NCBI RefSeq assembly: GCF_018350175.1
Contig: NC_058373.1
Span: 106,828,001 to 106,892,000, forward strand
Length of the DNA: 64,000 nt
DNA from: Felis catus
Taxonomy: Eukaryota
Direction: 5' to 3'
The notes under the pieces were generated by a model that was given only the letters and a program-made list of their open reading frames with translations, was not told where the DNA came from and made no database searches. The position numbers were made by a program, and so were the translations under genes. Positions 1 through 13,025 of this stretch are shown here, in pieces. Numbering within the stretch: the stretch's first letter is position 1; every line of letters begins with the position of its first letter.

Positions 1-139
1 GTGAATACCCACTGGCTTCCATAGGGAGATAGTGGGAGACTCTAAAGGTGCAGCTAACTCCTGTAGATCCTACTGCCCTTCGGAACCTTGCCACCCAAAG
101 AGGGACCTCTTTGTAGGGCACAGTCTTTCACAACAAATA

Positions 140-325
140 GATCTGAATTTGATTCATGGTCTTGCTATGTGATCCTGGGCAAGACATTCAGCCTCAGTTT
201 CTACATCTTAAAATGGATCTAATACCTTCCTGCTGGGACTGTTGCAATGATTAAATGAGCACATATAAATCAGCTCACAAAATCCTGGATACATGGTAAG
301 TCCTTAATAAATGGTGGTAATTATT
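140..325 (+). mobile_element. MIR SINE remnant
   Basis: MIR core tgtgatcctgggcaag...cctcagtttctacatct.aaaatgg and tail aataaatggtggtaattatt. Confidence 0.7.
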
Positions 326-2202
326 TCCTCAGTGACTACCAAGCAGAAGAAATCAAGGGCCCCAGATGAGTAAGCAGAAGGGTCTAGCAAAGAAAGTCTG
401 CAGCTGTGTAATCTCTGGCTCTGGTGACCCTACCTCTACCCACTCTAACCTCCAGTTAGACCTAAGGGTTCCTGAATGGGCTGACAGGTGGTCTGGGTTA
501 TCAGCCATCTCCCTGAGCCAGGGTGTGTCTTCAGAATTGAGGCCATGAGGGGTAGTAGATCAGGAATTATCTTCACAATAGTTCTGCCTTCATGATATTA
601 AAAATAATTTACGCTCCCTGCATCTCACTCTTCTCATTTGTAAAATGAGAATAATGATGACACCTCTCCCACAGTGCATTTGTGCAGATTAATGAGACAA
701 TGTAAAAAGGTGCTTTAGGGTATAGTTATGTTTTATGATGGAGACAGAGAAGTAATTGTTCATAAATTTGGCCTCTGCTGGGAAACTTCCAGTAACAATG
801 AGTTCACAGAAAGGATCATATTATTGATCAGTTATAGCTGTTTGAAGTTTTCCCTTTACATTAAAGAGATGCCTGGTCTTCGTCTCAACCCTGACACATG
901 GATTTCGTAGCACAAGTCCCAGATTAAATCAGAATCTCTGAGGATAGGAGCTGGGCTTATATATTCACAGGCCCACAGGTGACTGCAGGACAGGCAAGAC
1001 TGCTCACCACTGACCTAAGGATCAAGAATGACCTGGAGTTGGGGCAGAATTCTCTGGGGCTATTGATATGATCAAGTTCTATGGATGGCAAGGACAGAAC
1101 CCTACCCAGTCTGACTCAAACTCTACCCTTGGATAGGAATTTGTCTGGAACAAGAAACAATATATTAGGAAAGTCTCCAAGTGACTTATACCTTCAAGAT
1201 TTATCCAACTTAACATCCAAAATGACCAAATCTCAATGTATTCCTCTAATTGTCTCCCCTAGGTATCTCCGAAGTGTCTCAGTGGGAGCAAGAAAAATGA
1301 CCACAGCAAGGTTGGCTGAAGGGTTGGAGAGACTGAACACTGTCAGGCTTAAGGGCTGTCAAACAGTGTACTTGGAACAAAGTGCAAAGTGAGTAAGGAG
1401 ACTTCTCTACCGAACCCTACTTAACTGGTGCCTGTAAATACTTGGACTAAAACGGACACATTCTAAGGCATGAAGAAACTTTAGCCACTATTAGTTTGTA
1501 GGTACATAAGAGATTCAGCTCACAGGTCAAGAAAGTGTTTCACCATATGATGTCTTTTGTATGGTAAGCTATTTAAAGTATAGAATACAAGCAATACAAT
1601 TATAAGGAAAATTTTCTGACTTTTATTATAGCATTTTGCCTCATGCTCTTCAACATATTTATACACTTTTTAATGTTGTCATTTCATATAAAAATTTTGT
1701 TATGCCGCCGAGCAGATTAGGAGCTCCTTGAGGGAAGGGATTCTATCCTATGCAACCAATGTGGAATTCTGGGTGTTTGGTAAGTGCTCATCAAATACTT
1801 CATGGAACATTGAATATTGTGGACCTTGTACTTTATGCTCCTAACTCCAGGTCCAAGATAGGGCTGGCTTCTGCGGAAAGTACCACCCCTGTACCTTATG
1901 TCAGACTATGACAAAATATCCCTGGGAAGCCCCCAGAAGTTTGTCTGGTTGCTTTCTGTTGTTGCCATCACTTGAGTGACATGTGGGTCTCCAGAGAGAG
2001 ACTTTGCCTTCTCCTTTTCTCACAGAGCAACATGCTCACTGTTGGCTGAACGATACGTATGTTTTATGGAGAGCAGATTAAGTTACACATAGGCATTGTC
2101 TTCACTACTCACAGCACCAGGCACTGCTTTGGGACAACAAGCAGTCTCCTGACTGCCACCATGGGTGGGATCCTTCGTAGCTCAAAGCTTTGACTCCCAA
2201 CC

Positions 2203-2848
2203 TGTCCTAATAATCTGTCTTGCTTGTGCCATTTGGTGTTGAGATCCCTGATTTCTGAAGGCATAAAGTAACTTTTGCCCAGGATTTGACTTTCTCTCCT
2301 TCTAACCACTAGAGCCCACACCATCCAATCTCCTGAAGTGCTATTGTGTCAGGCTTGAAATGGAGGCTCAATATTATTTGCTGCTTTAGCATGTTATAAA
2401 GTCCAGAGGCTCCCCGGTGGCCTAACTGCAAGTTCCCATCCCTTGTCTCTTCATGCGGATGTCTCTTAGCCAAACAGCCCTCCTCATCATGGGGACCAGG
2501 CACACCACCTGTTTATCATTCATCGTGTGTAGGATTCAGTTCCCTGTCAGCCCACAGAATTACTCAAACAAGCCAATCACATCCTTCTTGGGAGCCAGGG
2601 GGCACCTCACTGTCTTGATACTACAAAGTTTGCTTCCCACAGCCCCCACTTGTTCACCCTGACCTCAAGTGCAACCCTCATGTGACTCTGTGTGGCATGG
2701 AGTGTCCTCCTCCCCCATGCTAAGTATATATGACCAATAAACTGCTGTTGATCTCGTCTGTTCAGTGTCAGGTGTCACAGCCATGCCCATAATCCCAGGG
2801 CGGGAATCCTCCCCTTACTGATGGGGTGAAGTGGAGGCGATTAAAACA
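2203..2848 (+). mobile_element. Probable old solo LTR (ERVL/ERV1-type; family not assigned)
   Basis: Begins TG and ends ...ttaaaaCA. Internal AATAAA (~2737) is followed by a U5-like segment. No clear TSD. Confidence 0.5.
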
Positions 2849-3999
2849 GCTACGCCCACCCCGTTCCTGAAGTGAATCTTCTGGCTATTCGTTCTTGTGC
2901 CTGTTTCTCAGAACTCTAAAGATGCACCTGTTCCCTGTGGAGTTTTGGAATCTTCTGCTGCCCTTCTGGAGGGCTCTCTGCTGCATTTCCCAGACTTACC
3001 CACCTTCAGTTCTTCACACTGAGCCAGTTACTGGCTCTTGCAATACCAACAACAACATGGAAAGGATTCAGGAGCCACTTCTTCCAGTCAATAACAAGTA
3101 ATTATTAAATATCTCACTGTCTTTGTCTGGCAGCATTAATGTTCTCCAAATCTTCTTCAGTATTTTCCTACATCCATCCCACCATGCTGAGGGCATACAC
3201 ATATAGTCTGGGGATAAAGGGAGTTTCTGCTATGGAGACTCAAATGTCAGATAGTTATACAATAGTATACCTTAAAAAAAAATAAACCTCCACTACTCTG
3301 AATAAGAAGCCACTTCATTTTTTCACTTTCTAACAACATGGAAACTCACCAAAGTAAGGTCATGGTAGAATGCACTATTAACTAACCTATCGACTTCTAA
3401 CTACAGTTTGTACAGTAGGCTTTCACATGCCCTTAGGAGTCAGAAGGGAAAAAGAACACCCCTCCTGTGTTACCTCTACTGAATATTGGGGGATTCCTCC
3501 CCTATTCTAGGATGTAGATCTCCCTTCTGCAACTTTACAGCAGTCTGACCAGTTCACCTGAAGATTTAAAAATTAGATTTATTTGCATTAGCCAGAAGAT
3601 ATAGGTGAATATTTACCTAACTCCTGATTAGGGAAGGCCTAAGTTTAAAAGCAAAGTAAGAAATCCTAATGAGAAAAGGTGGTAGATGTAACTTTTTCTA
3701 AAATTATAAATTCCTAAGTGAAGTGAAAGGTCAAATTGGGGAAAAGAGAAAACAGATTTGGCTGTCAATGTGTTCATGGTCTTACCACTAAAAGTAGTAC
3801 TCACAAAAAAGACAGATACATATACCCCAATAGAAATATTCTTACAGAAAAAGCATCAAAAGGTATGATTAAGGAGTTAACAAAAGAAAAATACAAACCA
3901 CCAACAGTTCTATCCAAAAGATCCATCATCTCCAGCAAACAAATAACTACAAATTAAAGTTAAGACGAAGATACTAATTTTTGCCTATCAAATCGGCAG

Positions 4000-4489
4000 T
4001 GAGTGGGCTCTCCCACCTTGTGAGTCTTGGAAGGCATGGCTCACCCCTTCCTATGAGAGGTACACACACCAGCTACTCTCATTCCCAGCCTCTAGGCTTG
4101 GGCACTCAGATGTAATGACCCAAGATTGTGCATCTGTTGCTTGTCATGCCTAGAAACTGGAAGAGAGCAGAACTCTTTCTGGCTGCCACAGCAACATCCA
4201 GTTTCCGGGAGCTGCCGAGGTAGTGATGCCAGCATGGTGTCTGATGTCCAGGCCCAGGGCCAGTAGTGGCAGCAAGTGCAGGCTCCCATTCTGCCTCAGT
4301 GGCAGTAGCAGAGGAATCCTTGCTGCACTGGGTCAGTAGTGAGCCATTGGCTGGGGCTCTGGCTGCCCAGCCTTCCTCCATTGCTGCCCATTACCTAAGC
4401 CTTAGGTTCTAACTTTCCTGACAAATCTGTGGGCTGCCCAACACCTTGTAATCAAATCTCACAGTAGTGTCTGTTGTTTGACTGATACA
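4000..4489 (+). mobile_element. LTR16/LTR33-like ERVL LTR remnant inserted in old L1-like sequence
   Basis: GC-richer block ending ...tgactgataca, typical of these LTRs, with A-rich L1M-like flanks. Confidence 0.45.
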
Positions 4490-4860
4490 GTGTTACATAC
4501 AGAAAGCTTTCCAACCTTATCATTTCACTTTCAGGACATATCTTAGGTAAATAACTAGATGTGCACATTTAAGTAAAGGATTTCCTTCTATGCCCTGTTG
4601 AGAGGAGCAAAAACATGGGAACAATCTGAATACAGTCTCCCTACAATAGGGAAAATATGTGTGGAATATTATATAGTGATTAAAAATTGTGTTCTTAAAG
4701 AATATTAGAAGATGTATACTCATAATACTAAGTTTAAAAAGCAAAATGTTCAGTAAAAGTCCAGTTTTTCACAAATAACCACAATGTTAATGGCTTCTTT
4801 CTTTTGGATATAAGATTATTGGTTAAGTTTTCTTTTCTTTGTATGTATTGGGTAACTTCT

Positions 4861-5056
4861 TTTTTTTAATTTATATTTCATTATTTTTTTATTTTAGAGA
4901 GAGAGCAGGGCAGTAGAGCAGAGGGAGAGAGAGAATCTTAAGCAGGTTCCACGCTCAGCATGGATGCAGTGGGGCCAGATCCCATGATTCTGGGATCATG
5001 ACCTGAGCTGAAATCAAGAGTTGTATGCTCAACTGACTGAGCTACCCAGGCACTCC
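4861..5056 (-). mobile_element. CanSINE (SINEC)
   Basis: Poly-T, (GA)n and a reverse tRNA-like head. TSD tgta(t/c)tgggtaacttct on both sides. Confidence 0.9.
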
Positions 5057-5294
5057 TGTACTGGGTAACTTCTAATCCTCTATAACGAACATGTATTGTT
5101 TTGCTGATATCCAAAAAAGCGAACAAAAGCTAAATAAGGAAACAAAATAGATTTACCTGAAATTATCAAATGGGTAAATTGGTCTTTTGTTTAGTTGTGT
5201 TTCCCTTTTGCAGTTTGATAGTAGATATTCAACTGGCAAAGAATGGGGGAGAATTTAACAATCTTCTGAAGAGATCTAATACCCCATTTTCTGT

Positions 5295-5642
5295 AGGCTA
5301 TAGACTGAATGCTTGTATCCCCCTCAAATTCATATTTTGAAATCCTAAGCCCCAAAGTAATGGTATTAGGAAGAGATTAGCACATGAAAGTGGAAGCTTT
5401 ATGAATGGGATTATTGCCCCTATAAATGGGACTCCAGAGAGCTCCCCCATCCTTTCTACCATGTGAGGAAACAGGAATAAGCCAGCCATCTCTGAACCAG
5501 GAAGCAGGCCTCACCAGATACCTAATCTGCTGGCACCTTGATCTTGGACTTCCCAACCTCCAGGACTGTGAGTAATAAATTTCTGTTGTTTATTAGCCAC
5601 CGGGTCCATGGTACTTTTGTTTTAACAGCCTGAACTGAGACA
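5295..5642 (+). mobile_element. MaLR solo LTR (MLT1A/B-like)
   Basis: Characteristic ...tccccctcaaattcatat.ttgaaatccta...gctggcaccttgatcttggacttcc...aataaatttctgttgttt...gagaca. Confidence 0.8.
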
Positions 5643-6384
5643 CTATATTTTTTTTCTCAGCTACCCAAAGAACTGTCTCAATGAAACAATGATTTTAATT
5701 TAGGAAACTTCATTAAAACAAAACAAAAAGGAGCCTGGAATTCATTTGTTCACTCAAGGCAGGAGGTCTGAATTAAGAGAAAGATGAGACGATAGGTATA
5801 TGGACTGAGGGAGAGGCCCACATAGGAAAGGTGGAGGGTCATAAAAGCAATACAGAGTCTAAAAACCCAGGGAAGAGAAATCTATCCTCATTCTCCACTG
5901 AGAACATGTTAATTGTCTTTGCCTTACGCTGATGCTGCTCTTAATAACACTTATTACAATGGCAGGGTGCTTTACAGTTTATGAAGCACTTGTACTTCCC
6001 CATATATTATTATTAGGCTCATTTTATAGGAGAGAAAATTAAGCCCTAGAGAAGTTAAATGATTCATTACATGTCTCATGTTATTTTGTGGCAGGACTAG
6101 GCCTACAAACCAGGGCTTTTGCTCTCGTGATTATTCCTGGAGGTGGCAGAGTGATTGAAAGCTTGGGCTCTGGAGCCAGATAAACCTGGGCAGGCACCCA
6201 GCTCTGCCCCTAACTGTGCGAACTCAGGGAAATTGCCTAGTCCTCCTCAGTTTCTGTTTCATCATCTCTGAGCGAGAGAGAAGAGCACCTACTCTGAGAG
6301 TCTCTGTGAGAAAAAAAGGCAGCTGTTACTACCCCACCATCTCCTTGACAAGCCTTGTTTTCAGTCTCCCAGGACCTACATCCC

Positions 6385-6798
6385 TGTTTTGAGTCAAATT
6401 GTGTCCTGCCCAAATTCATATGTTGAAGTCCTAGCCCTCAGTACTGTAAAATATGACCTTCTATGGAAAGAGGGTCTTTGCAGATGTAAGGACTTAAGTT
6501 GAGGTCATGCTGAAGTAGGGTGGGCCCCTATTCCAGTATGACTGGTGTCCTTATAAAGAGGGGGAATTTGGAGACAGACACACACAGGGAGAATGCCATG
6601 TGAAGATTTTAGCTATGCTGCCTCAAACCAAGCTATCAAAGCTAGGAAAGAGACCCAGAACAGATGCCTCCCTCGTGCTTTCAGAGGGAGCATGGTCCTG
6701 CTGACATCTTGATTTTGGACTGTGGCCCTCAAACTGTAATACAATAAGCCAGCCAGTTTGTGGTACTTTATTATGGGAGCCCCAGGGCACTAATACAA
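6385..6798 (+). mobile_element. MaLR solo LTR (MLT1B/C-like)
   Basis: tgttttgagtcaaattgtgtcc...aaattcatatgttgaagtccta...tttgtggtacttt...ctaataca. Confidence 0.8.
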
Positions 6799-7330
6799 TC
6801 TTCTACCCACTGTGGTGCTGGTATATCTGTGTCAGTACCTATTCAGTCCCATAAAGGGTTTTTGGTTTTTGTTTTTGTTTTGTTTTACCATCACCGGATT
6901 GCAGTCAGGTTCTCTCTGCAATGCTTGCAGCCAAGTTCATTCATCAGAAATCATCAAAAGGGAAATCTTTGAATGCTGGAAAGGGAAACCTAGGATTAAA
7001 AAATAGGTTTAAAAAATAATTAGTCTGATCGTAAAAGTCTCATTAAAAATATAGCTTAACCATACATGGGCTTAAAGTTGCCATTTACACTTTAACCACC
7101 CACCCCATTAGAGGGGGCTCTCCCTTCTAGCCATACTCATTCTGTAGCAGTAATTCCCACCTTAGAATCCCTGGGGATGACGCTTAGGGAAATGTATTTT
7201 TTTAAAGTTTTCCAAATGATTTTGATAGTCAGCTGGTTTTCTGTAATAAAATGCCATTATTTAATTAGATTTGAAAATATGGCCTGATTACAATAAGAAG
7301 CAAATTTAGATCCGAAAGAAGTAAAGTATA

Positions 7331-8207
7331 TGCACTAGCTTCCTGTTGCTGCTTTACAAACTGCAAATTTGCTTTACTATTGCAAATTATCAGAAACTCA
7401 GTGGCTTCAAACAGTGTAAATGTATTATCTTACAGTTCTGGAGATCAGAAATTGTAAGATCTCCCTACAGCACCATGTTCCTTCTGGAAGCTCTAGGGAG
7501 GAATCCGTTTGCTTGCCTTTTCCCTCTTCTAGAGATACGCGTGACCCTTTCTTCATATCATTCTGACTTCTGCTTCCATCATCACATCCTTCTCCGACTC
7601 TGCTCCTCCTGATTCACTCCTACAAGGACACTTAGAATTACACTAGACCTCAGGCTATCCATGATAATCTTCCTACCTCAATATCCTTTTTTTTTTTTTT
7701 TTAAGTTTATCTGTTGAATTGGGGTGGGGAGCAGAGAGAGAGAGAATCCTGAGCAGACTTGCATTGCCAGTGAGGAGTCCTATGTAGGGCTCGAATCCAC
7801 GAACTGTGAGATCACAACCTGAGCCAAAATCAAAGAGTCAGACGCTCAGCCAACTGAGCAACACAGGCACACCCCCCCGCACCTCCATATTCTTTTTTTT
7901 TAATGTTTATTTATTTTTGACAGAGAGGACAGAGCATGAGTGGGGGAGGGGCAGAGAGAGAGGGAGACACAGAATCGGAAGCAGGCTCCAGGCTCTGAGC
8001 TGTCAGCACAGAGCCCGACGCGGGGCTCAAACTCACAGACCGCGAGGTCATGACGGTTGCTCAACCGACTGAGCCACCCAGGCGCCCTCTCAATATTCTT
8101 AATTTAATAACATTTGCAAAGTTCCTTTTGCCATGTAACGTAACATATTTGCACGTTCCAGGGATTAGAGGTGAACATTTTGGTGGAGCCGTTATTCTGT
8201 TCACCAC
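7331..8207 (-). mobile_element. MaLR LTR (MLT1-like) interrupted by two tandem CanSINEs (7687-7876 and 7893-8088, both minus strand)
   Basis: MLT1 reverse-strand hallmarks (cagtggcttcaaaca...ttatcttacagttctggag...ttattctgttcaccaca). Three copies of the target ctc(a/c)atat(c/t)ctt are present. Confidence 0.8.
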
Positions 8208-8227
8208 ACCGTGAGAGTATTTGCTTT

Positions 8228-8230
<3 letters not shown>

Positions 8231-8279
<49 letters not shown>
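8231..8279. repeat. (CA)n microsatellite
   Basis: About 24 uninterrupted CA units. Confidence 0.97.
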
Positions 8280-8282
<3 letters not shown>

Positions 8283-8568
8283 TTAAAGAATTATAATTGT
8301 AAGATGTTAATGGTCCATACCCTCCCTATTTACAATTCTGGACTCTTTAGGCCTATTGCAGCTTGCAGACTGCCCTCTGTACACTCTAGTTTTCAATTAA
8401 GAAAATTATTAGTAACACATTTGGAATAAACTTGCTAGTATTTGAATGTCTTTGGAAAACAAGAGAATATAATCTCTCCTAACCCATTCCAGTTTCCAAA
8501 ATTATAGACTTCCTGGCTTTGGGACATTACAGGATTTCTCTAATCACTTCAAAAGATGTTAAATTTTA

Positions 8569-8784
8569 GGGGCGCTTGGGTGGCTCAGTCAGTTAAGCAT
8601 ACGACTTCGGCTCAGGTCATGATCTCACAGTTCCTGAGTTTGAGCCCCATGTCGGGCTCTGTGCTGACAGCTCAGAGCCTGGAGCCTGTTTTGGATTCTG
8701 TGTTTGCCTCTCTCTGTGCCCCTCCCCTGCTTGTGCTCTGTTTCTCTCTCTCAAAAATAAGTAAACATTTAAAAAAATTTCTTT
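8569..8784 (+). mobile_element. CanSINE
   Basis: Head ggggcgcttgggtggctcagtcagttaagc, CT tract and A tail. Perfect TSD aagatgttaaatttt. Confidence 0.93.
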
Positions 8785-8957
8785 AAGATGTTAAATTTTC
8801 AAAAATGTTTCAAGATGAAACTGGTTTTTATTCACCATAACTTGAAGCAAATGTACCATATATATTTAGGGATGTATAAAGAACTATGTTGCAAAAAAAT
8901 TTTTAAGTATCATTGTAATATTGCTAGGGGTAGAGTAGAAATCATGGGCTTCAATAC

Positions 8958-9560
8958 TATATTAGTTATCTATTGTTGCTTTCAAATTACCCCCAAACCT
9001 TTGTGGCTTAAAGCAACAAACACATGATACCTCACAATTTCTGGTCAGTTATCTGGGGGTGGCTTAGCTGGGTTTTCTGGCTCAAGGTTCCTCAAGGGTC
9101 CTCTGGCACAGTGTACAATCAAAATGTTGGCCAGAGCTGCTGTGACCTGAAGGCTCAACTGGGGATGGATCCCCTTCCAAGCTCATTCATGCTCTTGTTG
9201 GCAGGATTCAGTTTCTCCCAGGCTGTTGGACCAAGGGCCTCAGTTCCTCACTTGCTCTTGGCTGGAGGCAGCCTCTAGGTCCCAGCCAAATGGACCTCTC
9301 TGTGGAGAAGACAGCTCACATCATGCCAGCTTCCTTCATCAGCACAAACAAGCTGGAATGGAAAGAGAGAGTTCCAGCAAGACAGAAACCGCAGTCATTT
9401 GCAACCTAATCTTGGAAGTAACATCATTACTTTTGCCACATTCTGTTTGTTAGAAAGGACTCACTAGGTCCAGCCCACACTCAAGGGGAAGGAATTACAA
9501 TGTGATGTGGATAGCAGGAGGTGGGGATCATTGTGACCATCTTAGAAGGCTGTCTACTTT
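8958..9560 (-). mobile_element. MaLR LTR (MLT1F/G/H-like)
   Basis: tattagttatctattg...gtggcttaaagcaacaa...cactaggtccagcccacactcaagggga...ccatcttagaagg. Confidence 0.7.
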
Positions 9561-10068
9561 AGATGCTATGGACCCTCCTGTTCTATTGCTTTATGACCAC
9601 CTACCCCCTTTTCCCTTATTCTGGCTGCCAGTCACACTGGGTTTGTCATGATTACTACAGGAATGGATGCAACTAGCTTTTCAAAATGACCCTGTCATTT
9701 CTAATATGTTTTTAGATGTCGATAAACCCTACAGTGACTTCCAACTGTGTGCATAATGTTAAACCTCTGAGATCACTGCCTTCCAGCCCAGATTCCAAAT
9801 TTCCTCCAGCTCATCCTTCCAAAAGGCTTATCAAATCCTATTATTTCCCTCTTGAATCTTGCATGGCTTACCGGTGTCCTTCTATAAAACTTCAATATAG
9901 CATATAGGCACCTCAGTTCCTAAGCTGAGGCCCACCTCTCCCCCATAATTTTTTACTGCATTACTCTCCTTCCCAAACAAAATAACCAGGCACTATTAAA
10001 TTATTTGAAATTGCTTGATAACTTCATATGTTTTTGCCCAATATTGTGTGCAAAATGTTATTTCTGCT

Positions 10069-10292
10069 TGGCGTGCTTGGGTGGCTCAGTCAGTTGAGTG
10101 TCTGACTCTTGATTTTGGCCCAGGTCATGATCCCAGGGTTGTGGGATTGAGCCCTGCATTGGGCTCTGTGCTGAGTGAGGAGCCTGCTTGGGATTCTCTT
10201 TCCCTATCTCTCTCTTTCTCTCTCTCCCTCTGCCCTTCCCTCACTCACACATGCTCTCTGTCTCTCTCTAAAAATGAAAAAAAAATTTTTTT
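10069..10292 (+). mobile_element. CanSINE
   Basis: tRNA-like head, CT tract and A tail. TSD aatgttatt(t/c)ctgc. Confidence 0.88.
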
Positions 10293-10730
10293 TAATGTTA
10301 TTCCTGCCTGAAATCTATCCTCTGTCCCTGCCCCTTCACACTACAAACAACTTTCTTCACTAACTCTCCTCAACTTTTCACCTTCTGTCTTCCACTTGGT
10401 CAGAAAGCCACTGCCTCATGTTTTACATATTGTTACAATTCCATCCCACTCCCAGGTACAAAAATACATTCCAGTTGTCATTCACTCTGTAATAAATCTC
10501 CTTAATATGTAGTAGTATAAAATAATTATTTATTATGTTAATGGATCTGTGGGTCAGGAATTTGGGCCAGATGGAGTGGGGATGATTTCTCTCTGGCCCA
10601 CATTGTCTAGGGCATCAACTGGAAGACCCAAAGTCTAGGGATAACTTGATGACTGTGTACTGAAGTCAGATGAAGTCTTATTCATGACTGATGGCTGATG
10701 CTTGCAGTTAGCTTGGACCTTCGCTGGGGC

Positions 10731-11769
10731 TGTGCAATGACATCTGACACCAACTACCCAGAGTTGGGCCAAAATGCACAGGTTAAGTGCACAGTCATCC
10801 ACAAGATTTCCCTCACCTCAGACACCAGCCACATGTTTGGGGTCTTTAGGCCACCTTCACTTCTGACCAGCTGTCTAAATTCAGAGGTTCTCAGTACTCC
10901 TCAGGTTAGATCATTGATTTGTATAACTTATAGAACTCAGGAAAGTGCTATTCTTATGATTAATTTAAAGGGTACAAATCAGAACTAACCAAAGGGAGAG
11001 ACAAATGAGGTGAGGTCTGGGAGGGTTCCAGATATGAAGCTTCCTTTGTCCTTTCCCTGTGGAGCTAGAGCATGTCACTCTCCTAGCACATCGATATATG
11101 ATAATATACAGAATATTGTCAACCATGGAAGCTTACCCAAACTTCAGTGTCCTGAGGTTTTTTTTTTTGTTTTGTGTTGTGTTTTTATTTTTGTTAAGTT
11201 TTTATTTATTTTTGAGAGAGAGAGAGAGAGAGACATAGAGAGACAGAGCGCCAGTGGGGGAGGGGCAGAGAGCGAGGGAGACAGATTCGGAAGCTCTGAG
11301 CTGTCAGCACACAGCCTGATGGGGGACGCGAAATCATGAACTGAAAGTTCATGACCTGAGCCAAAGTTGGATGCTTAACCGACAGAGCTACCCAGGTGCC
11401 CCACAGTGTCCAGAGTTTTAATTAGGGTTCCATTACATAGACATAATTGACTAAATCACTGACCACGTGACTCAGTCTCCAGCTGGCGCACGCCCACCCC
11501 CACCCCCATCTCATAAGTTGGGTTAATATCACCCAATTCAAAACCCCAAACTTCTAGTCACATGACTGGTCTTTCAGGCATAGGCATCTTCTATCTTGAG
11601 TCATCATATTTGTTTTAATTACCTAAGGTCCCACATTAGTCAGCCTATCAGCATAAACTATCAGGGAACAGGATGAATAACAAAGATACTCCTATCACTT
11701 GGGACATTCCAAGGTTTTAAGGGCTGCTTCCCAGGAACTGGGGAGAAAGGCCAAATTCTTTATTGCACA
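10731..11769 (-). mobile_element. MER21-like solo LTR inserted in an MLT1-like LTR (~10465-12830); carries a CanSINE at ~11158-11402 (minus strand)
   Basis: Termini TGTGCAAT...ATTGCACA form an 8-bp inverted repeat. The reverse complement begins like MER21 (…cagttcctggga…aaaaccttggaat…gtgataggagt.tcttt). The host MLT1 sequence resumes at aacacctacacatggc. Confidence 0.75.
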
Positions 11770-11963
11770 GGTTGCCAACTAAAACACCTACACATGGCTT
11801 CTACTCACAACATGGTAGTATGGTTTCAAGGGCAAATGTTCTGAAAGAGAGAAAACCATATGGAAACCATATTGCCTTCTAAGATCTAGCCGTGGGAGTG
11901 ATGCGATGTTGTGTCAATCATATTCTATTGGTTGAGGCAGTTTTAAAGACTTACCTAAGATCA

Positions 11964-12729
11964 GGGGTGCCTGGGTGGCTCAGTCGGTTAAGTATCTGAC
12001 TTTGGCTCAGGTCATGATCTCACAGTTTGTGAGTTCAGGCCCTGCATTGGGCTCTGTGCTGACAGCTCAGAACTTGGAGCCTGCTTCAGGTTCTGTGTCT
12101 CCTTCTCTGTTTGCCCCTCTCCCTGTAATAGGAAACGAGGATAAAATAGGCAGAGAGGGAAGGATTAGAACCTGAGGTCCCTGGGTGGGGAAAAAACACA
12201 TATTTTGGAACAATGCTGGGAGTGTTGGACCACACCAAACTCCCTCAGGCTTAAGGTTCCTCTTAAGAATGTAACAGACCCCACCTACTCCCCCTCAGGT
12301 TTCCCTCAGGAATTTGAGAAAGACCTAAGTGTGGCCGTAGACCACTCCTCATATAATAAAAATGAGCCAATCAGGAATGGACAACCCAGCACTTAGAGCT
12401 ATCAAGGCAATAAGGGTGGATCCTGAGAAGGAACAAGGGGGGCTGACCAGAACCTTATAAAGCAAGGAGCCTTGCCTATAGTCTTGGGCATTCACTTTTG
12501 AATGTGCCCTTTCTACACAGAGAGCTTTCCTACTATTCTTCCTTTCTAATCTTATTCTCTTAATAAACTTTTGCCTACTGCTCATTTTGTGTCCACCTCT
12601 TCATTCTTTGAAGTGGCGAGACAATGAATCCCGGGTATCGTGGTAAAAAATCCTGCAACACCCCGCTCACACTTTGTCTCTCTCTCTCAAAAATAAATAA
12701 ACATAAAAAATAAATAAAAATAGAAAAAA
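11964..12729 (+). mobile_element. CanSINE split by a solo LTR
   Basis: Head at 11964; body resumes at 12661 (ccccgctcacact...aaataaa). Perfect TSD taaagacttacctaagatca at 11944-11963 and 12730-12749. Confidence 0.92.
12124..12660 (+). mobile_element. Solo LTR of an endogenous retrovirus (537 bp, probably class I / ERV1-like)
   Basis: TG...CA termini, CCAAT at 12367, TATAAA at 12456, AATAAA at 12562. Flanks tccc/cccc fit a 4-bp TSD with one change. Confidence 0.88.
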
Positions 12730-12849
12730 TAAAGACTTACCTAAGATCAATGGGAAAAGGTGTAAATCGTCTCCCATCTTTTGATGGAAGAATGGCAAGG
12801 TTTGGAAGAGGAGAGGTAGGCCTAGACCTAGAAATATGATAAGGGTCCT

Positions 12850-12873
12850 TTTGGAGGGGGGTATTTATTTTGA

Positions 12874-12905
<32 letters not shown>

Positions 12906-13025
12906 ATCCCAAGCAGGCTCCCCACTGTCAGCACAGAGTCTGATGCAGAGCTCAAACCCATGAACCACGAGATCATGACCCGAGCAAAGTTGGATGCTTA
13001 ACCAACTGAGCCACCCAGGTGCCCC
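12850..13025 (-). mobile_element. CanSINE
   Basis: (GA)n plus reverse head. TSD tgataagggtc(c/t)ttt. Confidence 0.88.
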
